This document shows, in pieces, positions 1-9,794 of a DNA stretch of 64,000 nt (positions are counted from its first letter, which is position 1; every line of letters begins with the position of its first letter). The notes below the pieces were generated by a model. It saw nothing but the letters and a program-made list of their open reading frames with translations. It searched no databases and had not been told where the DNA came from. The position numbers were made by a program, and so were the translations under genes. This stretch comes from Candidatus Levyibacteriota bacterium (lineage in GTDB: Bacteria > Patescibacteriota > Microgenomatia > Levybacterales > UBA12049): positions 48,236-112,235 of the forward strand of contig CP066685.1 of the NCBI GenBank assembly GCA_016432345.1. Direction: 5' to 3'.

Positions 1-666
1 ATAGCCACCTTCCAAGAAGAAATTACCCAAATGATGCAAAATACTATTTGTTTGAGAAAAATTGTCATCTATAATACTTTGTACAGTATTTTCTCCCCGA
101 ACCTCTATATTTTTTACTTGAAGGTATTCGTAAAAATTAAAAGGGTAAATATCAAATTGCACATTCCTGCCTGTTAATACTGTTGCTGTCTCGGAATCTA
201 TTAAAGATCTTCTTGATCCGGAAATAATAAACTTGACGTTTTTATTAAATTCATAATGGGTATGCAGCCAATGATTAAATTCCCTTATTCCTTGTAGTTC
301 ATCAAGAAAAATATATACCTTTCCCTGGGGATTATGTTTCTCAAGGTAAAAAGTGTAAAATTGTTCCAAAATCTTGGCTCCTGATGATAAATATGGTTGT
401 ACTAACAAATCTTCAAAATATAAATACAAGACATTTTTTGGGTTTGTACCTGTTTCTATCAACTTGCCCATTAGTTGGCGCATCAGAGTGGACTTGCCAG
501 ATCTTCTAACACCAGTGAGTATGAGAATATGGCGTATATCCATGGCTTTCCATAATCGTTTAAGGTATTTCTCTCGTGGGACAGTTCCAACCCATTCTCC
601 TTTTTCAGGATTCTCAAAATGTGGATTCCATTTTTTTAACAATAATTCTATTTCTGTAAGGTTCAT
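1..666 (-). CDS. AAA+ ATPase, DUF4143/COG1373-like (C-terminal part cut by window edge)
   Basis: Absent from the ORF track because it runs off the window. My minus-strand translation from ATG at 666 gives MNLTEIELLLKKWNPHFENPEKGEW...ILILTGVRRSGKSTLMRQL (Walker A) and IFLDELQ (Walker B-like). The frame stays open to position 1. Confidence 0.7.
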   Translation of the reverse strand, partial: MNLTEIELLLKKWNPHFENPEKGEWVGTVPREKYLKRLWKAMDIRHILILTGVRRSGKSTLMRQLMGKLIETGTNPKNVLYLYFEDLLVQPYLSSGAKILEQFYTFYLEKHNPQGKVYIFLDELQGIREFNHWLHTHYEFNKNVKFIISGSRRSLIDSETATVLTGRNVQFDIYPFNFYEYLQVKNIEVRGENTVQSIIDDNFSQTNSILHHLGNFFLEGGY

Positions 667-734
667 ATATAATATATTTTACAATAAATGGTCATTCTTG
701 TCAAGTATATTTGACGTATTAACTAACGAAATGG

Positions 735-780
735 TTTTTTCTCCCTTCCATCGTAGAGCAAGGGGGAGGGGTTTTGCAAG
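735..780 (+). repeat. 46-bp direct repeat, copy 1 of 3 (TTTTTTC.C..TTCCATCGTAGAGCA..G.GGG..TTTGCAAG)
   Basis: Aligned by eye with 1429-1474 and 2360-2405 in the same orientation. Lies between the AAA ATPase start and the brnA stop. Confidence 0.7.
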
Positions 781-806
781 TATGTGAAGATACAAGATTA
801 CCCGAG

Positions 807-1076
807 TTATGCTCCTTTTGCCAATTGCTGCTTCATTAAACTTTGGTACGGAACATCAATTTTTGATGCTTTTTGCTTATAACTTCTAACAATATCTGTG
901 GGAATACGTATAGTTATTCTGGTTATTTTTGGCTCAGCGTGCTTTTTAAGAAATTCTGTTACATCAAAATGTTTAAAATCTTTTGCTTCGTAATACTTTG
1001 AAAGATCAATCTTTTCCCAAAAATCATGCTCCTCATCTTCATTTTTAAACTTAGGCAGTACTAATTTTTTCTTCAT
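807..1076 (-). CDS. brnA: BrnA-like antitoxin (RHH/CopG-type)
   Basis: 89 aa. Overlaps the upstream BrnT-like gene by 26 nt. C-terminal ITIRIPTDIVRSYKQKASKIDVPYQSLMKQ is typical of BrnA. Confidence 0.7.
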   Translation of the reverse strand: MKKKLVLPKFKNEDEEHDFWEKIDLSKYYEAKDFKHFDVTEFLKKHAEPKITRITIRIPTDIVRSYKQKASKIDVPYQSLMKQQLAKGA

Positions 1077-1350
1077 AAAGTTTTACCTCCTTCCTTTTTG
1101 CATCTCGCGCGTGAAGGACACGGATGTGGTTATTTCTTACAGTAAATGCCAAAAAGAGTGTTCTTCCTTTTCGAGTTTTGCCAATGATTGCAAAGCGTAT
1201 TTCGTTTTGAGAGTGAAGTTCATCTGTTCCTCCTATTGCATGAGGATCTTTTATAGCCTCTTCTGCCTCGAATGGTCGTACTTGATGCCTTTCCCATAGA
1301 TGAGTTGTATTTCCAAAGTCCCACTCAAAACGCCTCTTAATTTTTGGCAT
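1051..1350 (-). CDS. brnT: BrnT toxin (DUF497 ribonuclease family)
   Basis: 99 aa. FEWDFGNTTHLWERHQVRPFEAEEA matches the DUF497 N-terminal pattern. Paired with the brnA-like gene. Confidence 0.8.
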   Translation of the reverse strand: MPKIKRRFEWDFGNTTHLWERHQVRPFEAEEAIKDPHAIGGTDELHSQNEIRFAIIGKTRKGRTLFLAFTVRNNHIRVLHARDAKRKEVKLYEEKISTA

Positions 1351-1428
1351 ATCTAATACATCTTTAGTATGTACACATTTTAAGGGATATATTTAATCTT
1401 GTCAAGAAGCACCGCCGCTAAAAAAGAA

Positions 1429-1474
1429 TTTTTTTCACTCTTCCATCGTAGAACAGCTGCAGGGTTTTTGCAAG
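1429..1474 (+). repeat. 46-bp direct repeat, copy 2 of 3
   Basis: TTTTTTCACTCTTCCATCGTAGAACAGCTGCAGGGTTTTTGCAAG, lying between the divergent brnT and mnt genes. Its TTGCAA plus 17 nt plus TATTAT could double as the mnt promoter. Confidence 0.7.
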
Positions 1475-1502
1475 AGCGTAGAGTGTATGGTATTATGGTG
1501 AT

Positions 1503-1928
1503 ATGAAAAAGAAGATACAATTTGATAAAGAAAAAATGGCAGCAATTGCCAAAAAGCATGGTCTTGTATTTGTGGTGCTTTTTGGATCAAAAGCCCGGGG
1601 AGAAAAACCAAATGCCGAGAGCGATTTGGATATTGCCGTGCTGGCAAAAAAGGATTTATCGTATAAGCAATACATGAATGTGCATAGCATGATTGCCGAT
1701 CTTTTTTCGGGGCAAAACGCAGACGTGCGGTTGCTTAATGATACTGATTTATTATTTCAACATAATGTAGTGCGTGATGGCATTTTGCTTTTTGGGAATC
1801 ATGAGGAATATAAGACATATAAGCGTTTAATAGTTCGGCGTTACGTTGATGATGGAGAAATATATTTCCCTATGCTTGATAGACTTGTTTTTAAGCAGCA
1901 GGAAGAACTGGAAAGAAAAATACTATGA
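1503..1928 (+). CDS. MNT-type nucleotidyltransferase antitoxin
   Basis: LFGSKARGE...SDLDIAV is the minimal nucleotidyltransferase GS..D.D motif. Overlaps the downstream HEPN gene by 4 nt. Confidence 0.8.
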   Translation: MKKKIQFDKEKMAAIAKKHGLVFVVLFGSKARGEKPNAESDLDIAVLAKKDLSYKQYMNVHSMIADLFSGQNADVRLLNDTDLLFQHNVVRDGILLFGNHEEYKTYKRLIVRRYVDDGEIYFPMLDRLVFKQQEELERKIL

Positions 1929-2356
1929 TTGATGAAAAAATGGTCGTTGAAAAAATTAGAAGAATTCAGATAGAGTTGCTTAATCTTGAAAGATTTGAAG
2001 TATTTACGTTTGACGAGGTGGCAAAAAATTATGATACGCATACAATTGTGGAACGGATTATCGAACGCATTGTTGGTTTTGCAATAGATATTAATCAGCA
2101 TATTCTTGTTGAAGGCGGAAAAGGTGATTTGCCATTTGATTTTAAGAAGAGTTTTCTTTTTCTTGTAGATTTGGATGTTTATCCAAAAGAATTTGCGGAA
2201 CAAATTTGTGAATCGGCAGGATTGCGTAATATTTTAGTGCATGATTATGTGAAGCTTGACGAAAATAAGTTTTATAATTCAATCAGAGATTGTAATCACG
2301 ATTACACCAAGTATTGTCGTTATATCCTTGATTTTCTTAAGAAGAAATCTTCATAA
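1925..2356 (+). CDS. hepT: HepT/DUF86 HEPN toxin
   Basis: RNILVHDY matches the HEPN Rx4HxY motif. Paired with the MNT gene. Confidence 0.8.
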   Translation: MIDEKMVVEKIRRIQIELLNLERFEVFTFDEVAKNYDTHTIVERIIERIVGFAIDINQHILVEGGKGDLPFDFKKSFLFLVDLDVYPKEFAEQICESAGLRNILVHDYVKLDENKFYNSIRDCNHDYTKYCRYILDFLKKKSS

Positions 2357-2359
2357 AAC

Positions 2360-2405
2360 TTTTTTCACATTTACATCGTAGAGCAAAAGAGGGAGGAAAT
2401 GCAAG
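2360..2405 (+). repeat. 46-bp direct repeat, copy 3 of 3
   Basis: TTTTTTCACATTTACATCGTAGAGCAAAAGAGGGAGGAAATGCAAG. Ends 1 nt before the 3' end of tRNA-Ser(GGA). Confidence 0.7.
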
Positions 2406-2492
2406 CGGAGAGGGAGGGATTTGAACCCTCGATATCCTTGCGGATATACAGCTTTTCCAAAGCTGCGCACTAGGCCACTATGCGACCTCTCC
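2406..2492 (-). tRNA. tRNA-Ser(GGA)
   Basis: Hand-folded cloverleaf: acceptor GGAGAGG/CCTCTCC, anticodon arm CAGCT-TTGGAAA-AGCTG, long variable arm, T arm GAGGG-TTCAAAT-CCCTC. CCA is not encoded. Confidence 0.9.
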
Positions 2493-2498
2493 AAAATT

Positions 2499-2564
2499 CA
2501 GCGTTTAGCGTCTAGATATTAGCGTTCAGTTAATCTTAAACTAGACGCTATTAACTATACGCTG
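2499..2564. repeat. Palindromic heptad-repeat element, copy A
   Basis: Sequence CAGCGTT TAGCGTC TAGATAT TAGCGTT CAG ... CTAGACG CTATTAA CTATACG CTG. The arms are mutually complementary. Overlaps the last codons of the Nudix gene. Confidence 0.75.
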
Positions 2565-2969
2565 CTTAGCCTCTTTCCAAACTTGCTTGTCTGATGGATA
2601 TGTTAATCTTTTTTCGACTTTATCAATTAGTAACCATTCTACGTTTTCCATTTCCCAGTCGTGATCTTTTATATCGCCAGATATATACTCCATTAAAAAA
2701 TAATATACTGTTTTTTTAATTTTTTGTCCTTCAAAAACATACCAGTAGGTAATTGGCGTTAAAGGTTGTAAAATTTTCCCCAATACTCCTGTTTCTTCTT
2801 TAACTTCCCGAATGGCAGTTTCTTTTTTGGTTTCGTTTTCTTTGTAATCACCAATCAATCCTTTTGGAAACACCCAACCATGATGTTGAGAGTGTTGTGC
2901 AACTAAAATCTCAAGACCCTTTCCCGTTTTTTTATAAACTATTCCTCCAGCCGAAAACTCAAACTTCAT
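2541..2969 (-). CDS. Nudix hydrolase
   Basis: Nudix box GLIGDYKENETKKETAIREVKEETGV, matching Gx5Ex7REUxEExGU. Confidence 0.85.
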   Translation of the reverse strand: MKFEFSAGGIVYKKTGKGLEILVAQHSQHHGWVFPKGLIGDYKENETKKETAIREVKEETGVLGKILQPLTPITYWYVFEGQKIKKTVYYFLMEYISGDIKDHDWEMENVEWLLIDKVEKRLTYPSDKQVWKEAKQRIVNSV

Positions 2970-3010
2970 AAATTATTGACACTTGTTATCTTTTGTGTAA
3001 CGATTATAGC

Positions 3011-3346
3011 ATGGATATTAGTCAGGAAGTAAATCTTATAGAGAAAGAATTATTAGAACTTATTCTTCAACATTTGGAAAATAACAAAATTGACGCGGAT
3101 AAAGCCCAAAGTTTGGCAAAAGATTTTTTGGCAATTCTTCCTGTGGCAGACCAAAAAGATTTACTCCAAAAGTTACAGAATTTAAGCAACATTTACGAAG
3201 AGGCAAAAGAATTGTATGTTGATGAACTTACAAAAGTCAGCAACGAGCAGCGAGATTTAACATTAACTCAAATGCGGGATGCGATTCAAAAAGGAAATAT
3301 CGAACATGCAATAACTGCGGCAAAATCGCTGCAGCAAAATAACTAA
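3011..3346 (+). CDS. Hypothetical helical protein
   Basis: ORF 2993-3346. The ATG at 3011 (MDISQEV...) is preferred over the upstream TTG. No recognisable motifs. Confidence 0.4.
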   Translation: MDISQEVNLIEKELLELILQHLENNKIDADKAQSLAKDFLAILPVADQKDLLQKLQNLSNIYEEAKELYVDELTKVSNEQRDLTLTQMRDAIQKGNIEHAITAAKSLQQNN

Positions 3347-3348
3347 AT

Positions 3349-3543
3349 ATGGAAGGTCCACAATTACCAAAACCAGAAGCTCCTAAACAACCACCCGCAG
3401 TGGAAAAAAGACTAGATAATCCTTTGCAAACAGCAAGAAATTGGGTAGAAGCTAAATTTGGCAGACAAAAACTTGCTGAAGGAGAAACAGCGCATGATAT
3501 TTTATTGGGTATCTCCGGGGAGAGTCGAACTCCCGATTTTTAG
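3349..3543 (+). CDS. Hypothetical small protein (doubtful)
   Basis: 64-aa ORF directly after the previous gene. Its last 34 nt read antisense through tRNA-Arg(CCG). Confidence 0.25.
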   Translation: MEGPQLPKPEAPKQPPAVEKRLDNPLQTARNWVEAKFGRQKLAEGETAHDILLGISGESRTPDF

Positions 3544-3583
3544 GTTCGGAACCTAATGTTTTGTCCATCTAAACTACGGAGAC
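3510..3583 (-). tRNA. tRNA-Arg(CCG)
   Basis: Acceptor GTCTCCG/CGGAGAT, anticodon arm TTAGG-TTCCGAA-CCTAA, T arm GGGAG-TTCGACT-CTCCC. Confidence 0.9.
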
Positions 3584-3589
3584 AGGTCT

Positions 3590-3669
3590 CAGTGTTTAGT
3601 TAATCAGCGTCTAGCGTATAGTTATCCATTTTTCAACTAAACGCTAATAAACTCGCCGCTAAACGCTTG
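3590..3669. repeat. Palindromic heptad-repeat element, copy B (more degenerate)
   Basis: CAGTGTT TAGTTAA TCAGCGT CTAGCGT ATAG ... AACTAAACGCTAATAAACTCGCCGCTAAACGCTTG. Lies between the tRNA-Arg 5' end and the helicase start. Confidence 0.65.
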
Positions 3670-3720
3670 TATTGTACTAGATTCGTTTTTTCCAGGCAAT
3701 GCTTGTATAATCAAGTGTAT

Positions 3721-6009
3721 ATGCCAGCACCAGCAGAAGCACCAACAGCCAATCGTTCTTCAGAAGCAACACGGTCAGAAGTACGATCTCAATCTGTCCA
3801 GCCAAGAGAGTTGTCTTTAATAGAAGGGAGAAAAGAAGAGCTCATTGGCTATTTTAGAACACATAATACGGTTGTCTTAAAAGCAGGGACAGGAACAGGA
3901 AAATCCACCACTGGCCCTCTTATTTTACTCGAAGCTCTCCAGAGGGAAAACCCCGGTAAAAAAGTAAAAATACTGGTGGCCGAGCCACGGCAAATGTTGG
4001 CAGAGGGTATTTCTGATCATGTGGCAAAAACAAACGGCGTGCCATTGGGTGGAGATTTAATTGGTTTTTATCATGGGGATGACCATAAGTATTCGGACCA
4101 AACGCAAATTGTCTATACAGTTAATGGGTCGCTTCGAAAAAGAATAGAAGAGGATAAAGCTCTTTCAAAATACGATGCCGTCTGTTTGGACGAAATACAC
4201 TTACGCGACAGAGACCAGGAGGCAATTCTTATTGGATTAAAAGAAGTGCAAAAAGAACGCAAAAAACGAGGGCTAAAACCTTTTAAAATTCTTATTACTT
4301 CCGCCAACGCCGAGCAAAAACAGGCAGATTACTATGATAATGGGGTAATGATGGAGATAGAAGGGCAAAAACCTCGTTATGATGTTAAAGAACATTTTTT
4401 AGATAAAGCTCCTGACGTAGAAAATATTCCCATAGAAATGGCGAGATTGGCAGCAAAAGTTATCAAAGAAAAAAGGCGACCAGGACATCTTTTAGGGTTT
4501 TTACCGGGAAGACGGGAAATCCAAATTGCCCAAAAAGAGTTTGACCGCATTATGAGGGAAGAGGGTTTGGCGGATAAATATAAATCGGCCTCTCTTACCG
4601 GTGGTGGCGGCGAAGAAAATAAGGCTTTGCAGAAAAAATTACAAGATGATGATCCAAATATAAACCCAATTATGGCTTTTGCTACCGATGTGGCAGATGC
4701 GGGGGCAACGTTTGCAATTAGCGACGCTTTTGACGGCGGGCTTATACGGACTATGGTTTACGACAAAGAGTCGGGTCTTGAGTCCCTGCAAACCAGACAT
4801 CATGCGGTAAGTCAGTATATTCAACGAAAGGGAAGACTTGGAAGAATTTCAGATGGCGATTTTTATGCCATGTATTCAGAGGAAGAACTTAACAATCCGG
4901 GAATTCATCCCAAAGATGCACCTCCCTCAATCTTAATGGAAGACCTTACCCCATTAGTATTAAGCTTAAAAGCCATGGGTATTACCGATGTGTATGCTGT
5001 TGATTACATGGATCATCCGGGAAAAGAAAAATTAGACATGGCGGTCGGAACTCTCAATGTGCTGGGGGCACTAAAACCAGATGGCACACTGACAGATGAG
5101 GGAAAAGCTATGGTTGAACTGCCTTTGGATTCTCATTTAGCTCGTATTTTGGTGGAGGTCAAAAAGCGGGGGTGTGTGGAAGCAGCCAGTGTACTTGTGG
5201 CCTTTTTAAATAGTAATAGATCTGTTTTTGCCTACAATCCTCGAAGCGAGCAGTTTGACAAAAAATATGCCAGGTATATTTATACTGAACCTAATAAACC
5301 ACCAGATTCCGATTACCTAACACTATTAAAAGTTTGGAATGAATATAATCATCCAGAACTGCGGGAAGAAAACGAAAGACAAATGTCGGGGGAGGACTGG
5401 GCGCTAAAACATGGGTTTAGCATAAGCGTATTAAAGGATGTTAATACAACCAAAAACGAAATTCTCCAGGAGGATTTTTTTAAGGGTGCATTTGGTGGAG
5501 GCTTAGGTAATTTGGAAATTGATATTGCCGGCCAGGCCGACGCCATCAAAGCATGTATTGTGGCAGGATTTGCGGACAAGATTTTGCTAAGAGATGGCGA
5601 TACTTATGCATTGGGGAATGGGAAGCGGCCAGGTATTCAGATTGATCAAAAATCGGTCTTTGCCCAAAGGCGTCCCGGAATGTTGATTTCGGGCGCAATT
5701 CGGGTGCAAGAGGGCGGCAGGGCGTTTGCGAGTATGAATTGGGAAGTAACGAAAGAATTTGTAAAGGGAGTTGCGCCATATTTAGAAGAGATGGGATTAG
5801 TTGAGAAAGAACAAGAGGTACCGAAAACAGCAGCAGAACAGGTAAAAAACGAGCTGCAGACAGAAGCGGCAAAGGCTTCGAAATCGAGCGTTCCTGCCGA
5901 GTCTGAATCAAAAGAACAAAAAGCAGAAAAAAAACTGTCTATTATTGGGAAAATAAAACAAGCGTTTAAAACTTTTTTTGATAGAATAAAAGCATTTTGG
6001 GGATTATAG
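3721..6009 (+). CDS. DEAH-box ATP-dependent helicase (HrpA/HrpB-like)
   Basis: GTGTGKST Walker A and the LDEIH motif II, followed by an HA2-like C-terminal region and a Lys/Glu-rich tail. ATG at 3721 is preferred over the TTG at 3667. Confidence 0.85.
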   Translation: MPAPAEAPTANRSSEATRSEVRSQSVQPRELSLIEGRKEELIGYFRTHNTVVLKAGTGTGKSTTGPLILLEALQRENPGKKVKILVAEPRQMLAEGISDHVAKTNGVPLGGDLIGFYHGDDHKYSDQTQIVYTVNGSLRKRIEEDKALSKYDAVCLDEIHLRDRDQEAILIGLKEVQKERKKRGLKPFKILITSANAEQKQADYYDNGVMMEIEGQKPRYDVKEHFLDKAPDVENIPIEMARLAAKVIKEKRRPGHLLGFLPGRREIQIAQKEFDRIMREEGLADKYKSASLTGGGGEENKALQKKLQDDDPNINPIMAFATDVADAGATFAISDAFDGGLIRTMVYDKESGLESLQTRHHAVSQYIQRKGRLGRISDGDFYAMYSEEELNNPGIHPKDAPPSILMEDLTPLVLSLKAMGITDVYAVDYMDHPGKEKLDMAVGTLNVLGALKPDGTLTDEGKAMVELPLDSHLARILVEVKKRGCVEAASVLVAFLNSNRSVFAYNPRSEQFDKKYARYIYTEPNKPPDSDYLTLLKVWNEYNHPELREENERQMSGEDWALKHGFSISVLKDVNTTKNEILQEDFFKGAFGGGLGNLEIDIAGQADAIKACIVAGFADKILLRDGDTYALGNGKRPGIQIDQKSVFAQRRPGMLISGAIRVQEGGRAFASMNWEVTKEFVKGVAPYLEEMGLVEKEQEVPKTAAEQVKNELQTEAAKASKSSVPAESESKEQKAEKKLSIIGKIKQAFKTFFDRIKAFWGL

Positions 6010-6010
6010 G

Positions 6011-6095
6011 CGGAGGGTACAGGATTCGAACCTGTGTAGGGATTACTCCCTCGAGTTTTCGAAACTCGTGCAATTGTCCACTATGCGAACCCTCC
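6011..6095 (-). tRNA. tRNA-Ser(CGA)
   Basis: Acceptor GGAGGGT/ACCCTCC, anticodon arm CGAGT-TTCGAAA-ACTCG, long variable arm. Starts 2 nt after the helicase stop. Confidence 0.9.
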
Positions 6096-6101
6096 AAAAC
6101 T

Positions 6102-6168
6102 CAGCGTATAGCGTATAGAAATTAGGGTATAGTTTTAACTAAACGCTAGACGCTATTCACTAGACGTT
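6102..6168. repeat. Palindromic heptad-repeat element, copy C
   Basis: CAGCGTA TAGCGTA TAGAAAT TAGGGTA TAG ... AACTAAACG CTAGACG CTATTCA CTAGACG. Fills the gap between two tRNA genes. Confidence 0.75.
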
Positions 6169-6172
6169 AATG

Positions 6173-6247
6173 TGGTGCACCCACCCAGAATCGAACTGGG
6201 ATTAGCGGCTCCGCAAGCCGCTGTTCTATCCGTTAAACTATAGGTGC
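6173..6247 (-). tRNA. tRNA-Arg(GCG), CCA encoded
   Basis: Acceptor GCACCTA/TGGGTGC, anticodon arm GCGGC-TTGCGGA-GCCGC, T arm CCCAG-TTCGATT-CTGGG, 3' ACCA. Confidence 0.85.
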
Positions 6248-6295
6248 TTATAGCATAGCTATTATACTACAAGTTTACCCCGATTAAATCGGGGT

Positions 6296-6898
6296 TTAGG
6301 TGGTTTTCCGTTCCAGAGGAAATGTGCGGGCCAGCCAGTCGGCTGATTTTTCCATAAAGGTTGGTTTGATAATTTCCCGGTAGGGGAGATATTGTAATAG
6401 GAGCGATGTTAATTGCTTTTTATCTAAATCCCCAAGCATAATAATAAGCTCTCCTGGTAAAAATGTTTTGGTTCTAACATGTAGTGTTTCAATGCCTTCT
6501 CTTTTTTTGAAATAAAAATCATAGAGTTCTTGCCATAGATAAAAATGATCTTCAATAGTAATGCCCTCGGTGCTTAGGCGGTATTTAAAATCATGCGGTG
6601 GGACAGTAACAAGCGCAAAGGCGGCAAAAACAAAAGATAACACTACCACCATTAGCATATATTGAGAAAAAAGAAAAAGGATAATTTCGATAAATAGTGT
6701 CAAAAGCAGAGAAGTTAAGTAGTACTCTTTGCCTCTTTTTCTAAATGGTCTGCCAGGTGCTTTCCAGGAAAGAAGTGTTTTTAATTCGTGCATATCATTT
6801 GGTAAATCTAATGGTTCGCTAGGTAAATCAAGCGGTTCTTTTGGCAGAAATTGTTCTGTTTGGTTTTGAGCAGCCATAGCTTTATTACTGTATAGCAT
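6296..6898 (-). CDS. Hypothetical membrane protein
   Basis: Central hydrophobic hairpin (LTSLLLTLFIEIILFLF...VVVLSFVFAAFALV). The start is trimmed to the ATG at 6898 because the track start at 6961 overlaps tRNA-Ser(GCU). Contains a tandem EPLDLPS/EPLDLPN duplication. Confidence 0.5.
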   Translation of the reverse strand: MLYSNKAMAAQNQTEQFLPKEPLDLPSEPLDLPNDMHELKTLLSWKAPGRPFRKRGKEYYLTSLLLTLFIEIILFLFSQYMLMVVVLSFVFAAFALVTVPPHDFKYRLSTEGITIEDHFYLWQELYDFYFKKREGIETLHVRTKTFLPGELIIMLGDLDKKQLTSLLLQYLPYREIIKPTFMEKSADWLARTFPLERKTT

Positions 6899-6938
6899 TT
6901 TACTATTTGAGTCAACATGGTTATAATATGAATCAGTT

Positions 6939-7023
6939 GGAGGAGTCGCATAGAGGCCCATTGCGAGGGGTTGCTAACCCCTTGAGCTATAAAAGGCTCG
7001 CGTGAGTTCGAATCTCACCTCCT

Positions 7024-7029
<6 letters not shown>
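6939..7029 (+). tRNA. tRNA-Ser(GCU), CCA encoded
   Basis: Acceptor GGAGGAG/CTCCTCC, anticodon arm AGGGG-TTGCTAA-CCCCT, long variable arm, T arm GTGAG-TTCGAAT-CTCAC. Confidence 0.9.
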
Positions 7030-8827
<1,798 letters not shown>

Positions 8828-8832
8828 AACTT

Positions 8833-8918
8833 AAATGCCCCCACTGGGTTGTGCTCAGAACGGTGAAGTCCTGTCCCAATGAGGGCATTAAAAAACTCCA
8901 CCTTTCTCCTGAGCACAA
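8833..8918 (-). promoter_or_regulatory. Interleaved inverted repeats in the recombinase leader
   Basis: AATGCCCCCACTGGG (8833-8847) pairs with CCCAATGAGGGCATT (8875-8889). TTGTGCTCAG (8849-8858) pairs with CTGAGCACAA (8909-8918). The order A,B,A',B' gives pseudoknot topology, and the structure ends 6 nt from the start codon. Confidence 0.35.
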
Positions 8919-8957
8919 TTAAATTGTTACAGATTTTGAACTTAAATTCAAGTGTTT

Positions 8958-9590
8958 TCATATAGGTAAAAGGTCATTTTCTATTTCGTAATTAAGCATA
9001 AGTCCTGCAAGTCGTTGTTGTTCGTCAACTAATATTCTTTCTTCAGGTTTATCACTTAACCAACCATTCTTTTCATCAATATTTTTACTTAACTCATCTA
9101 CTTTATTCTTAATATCATTATATTCATCTACTGTACTAATACGATACTTACCCTTATAAGAAACTATAGTATTTTCATCTGTTTCATCTTGATTTGACTG
9201 CAATTCTGCAATATTTTCTTGCGTTTCTGCAATTCGGTCATGCAAATTTGCATTTTCATCTTGCAATTTAGCAATATCATTTTTTGAATTTGGTAACAAA
9301 ACTATTTCATAAAAACTTCTTGCCTTTTCTTTTATTGTTCCTTTTTGAATAAGTCCATTTCTTACCCGACATACTTTAGATGCTGACCAACCTAAAATAT
9401 CAGCAAGTACTTTATCTGTTGTTTCAACAGTTTGATATGTTTCCTCATGTTTTTTATCCCAATCGTAAACAGCTAAGTATAAATCCCACAACCGATACTC
9501 AGAATCTTTAAGGTTTAACCGTTTTGCTACATGATGACGATTACGATAAACCTTTTGGTAAGTATTATTCAGCCTTCTTAATATGTTCAT
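8958..9590 (-). CDS. Hypothetical protein, possible winged-helix N-terminus plus coiled coil
   Basis: 210-aa ORF. The LADILGWSASKVCRVRNGLIQKG segment looks HTH-like and the C-terminal half is acidic coiled coil. Confidence 0.45.
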   Translation of the reverse strand: MNILRRLNNTYQKVYRNRHHVAKRLNLKDSEYRLWDLYLAVYDWDKKHEETYQTVETTDKVLADILGWSASKVCRVRNGLIQKGTIKEKARSFYEIVLLPNSKNDIAKLQDENANLHDRIAETQENIAELQSNQDETDENTIVSYKGKYRISTVDEYNDIKNKVDELSKNIDEKNGWLSDKPEERILVDEQQRLAGLMLNYEIENDLLPI

Positions 9591-9794
9591 ATTCCTTCTT
9601 TGGAATTGGCTTATATATCAGCTTGAAATATTCCAATAGCTCAACACCCAACTTATTTGCTTCTTCATTGCTTAACTGTTGGTTAAATTTCTCAAGATAT
9701 ATTCGCTTAAAATCACTAATAGCTTTATGACTTAACTGCATAAAACCATTATTCCAAGAATGGAGAAGATAAAAGAGTTACGGGAAAAACTAAA

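Noticed and set aside
735-780. 46-bp repeats as simple Rho-independent terminators
   Set aside because: Only copy 1 can form a reasonable stem (CTCCCTT/AAGGGGGAG). Copies 2 and 3 conserve the sequence but not the pairing.
374-787. 137-aa plus-strand ORF
   Set aside because: It lies antisense to a much better AAA+ ATPase reading frame (1-666, minus strand) with Walker motifs. Its sequence is low-complexity noise.
2499-6168. Heptad-repeat elements as a CRISPR array
   Set aside because: The units are 7 bp and contiguous with no spacers. The copies are single palindromes dispersed over 30 kb. No cas genes are present in the window.
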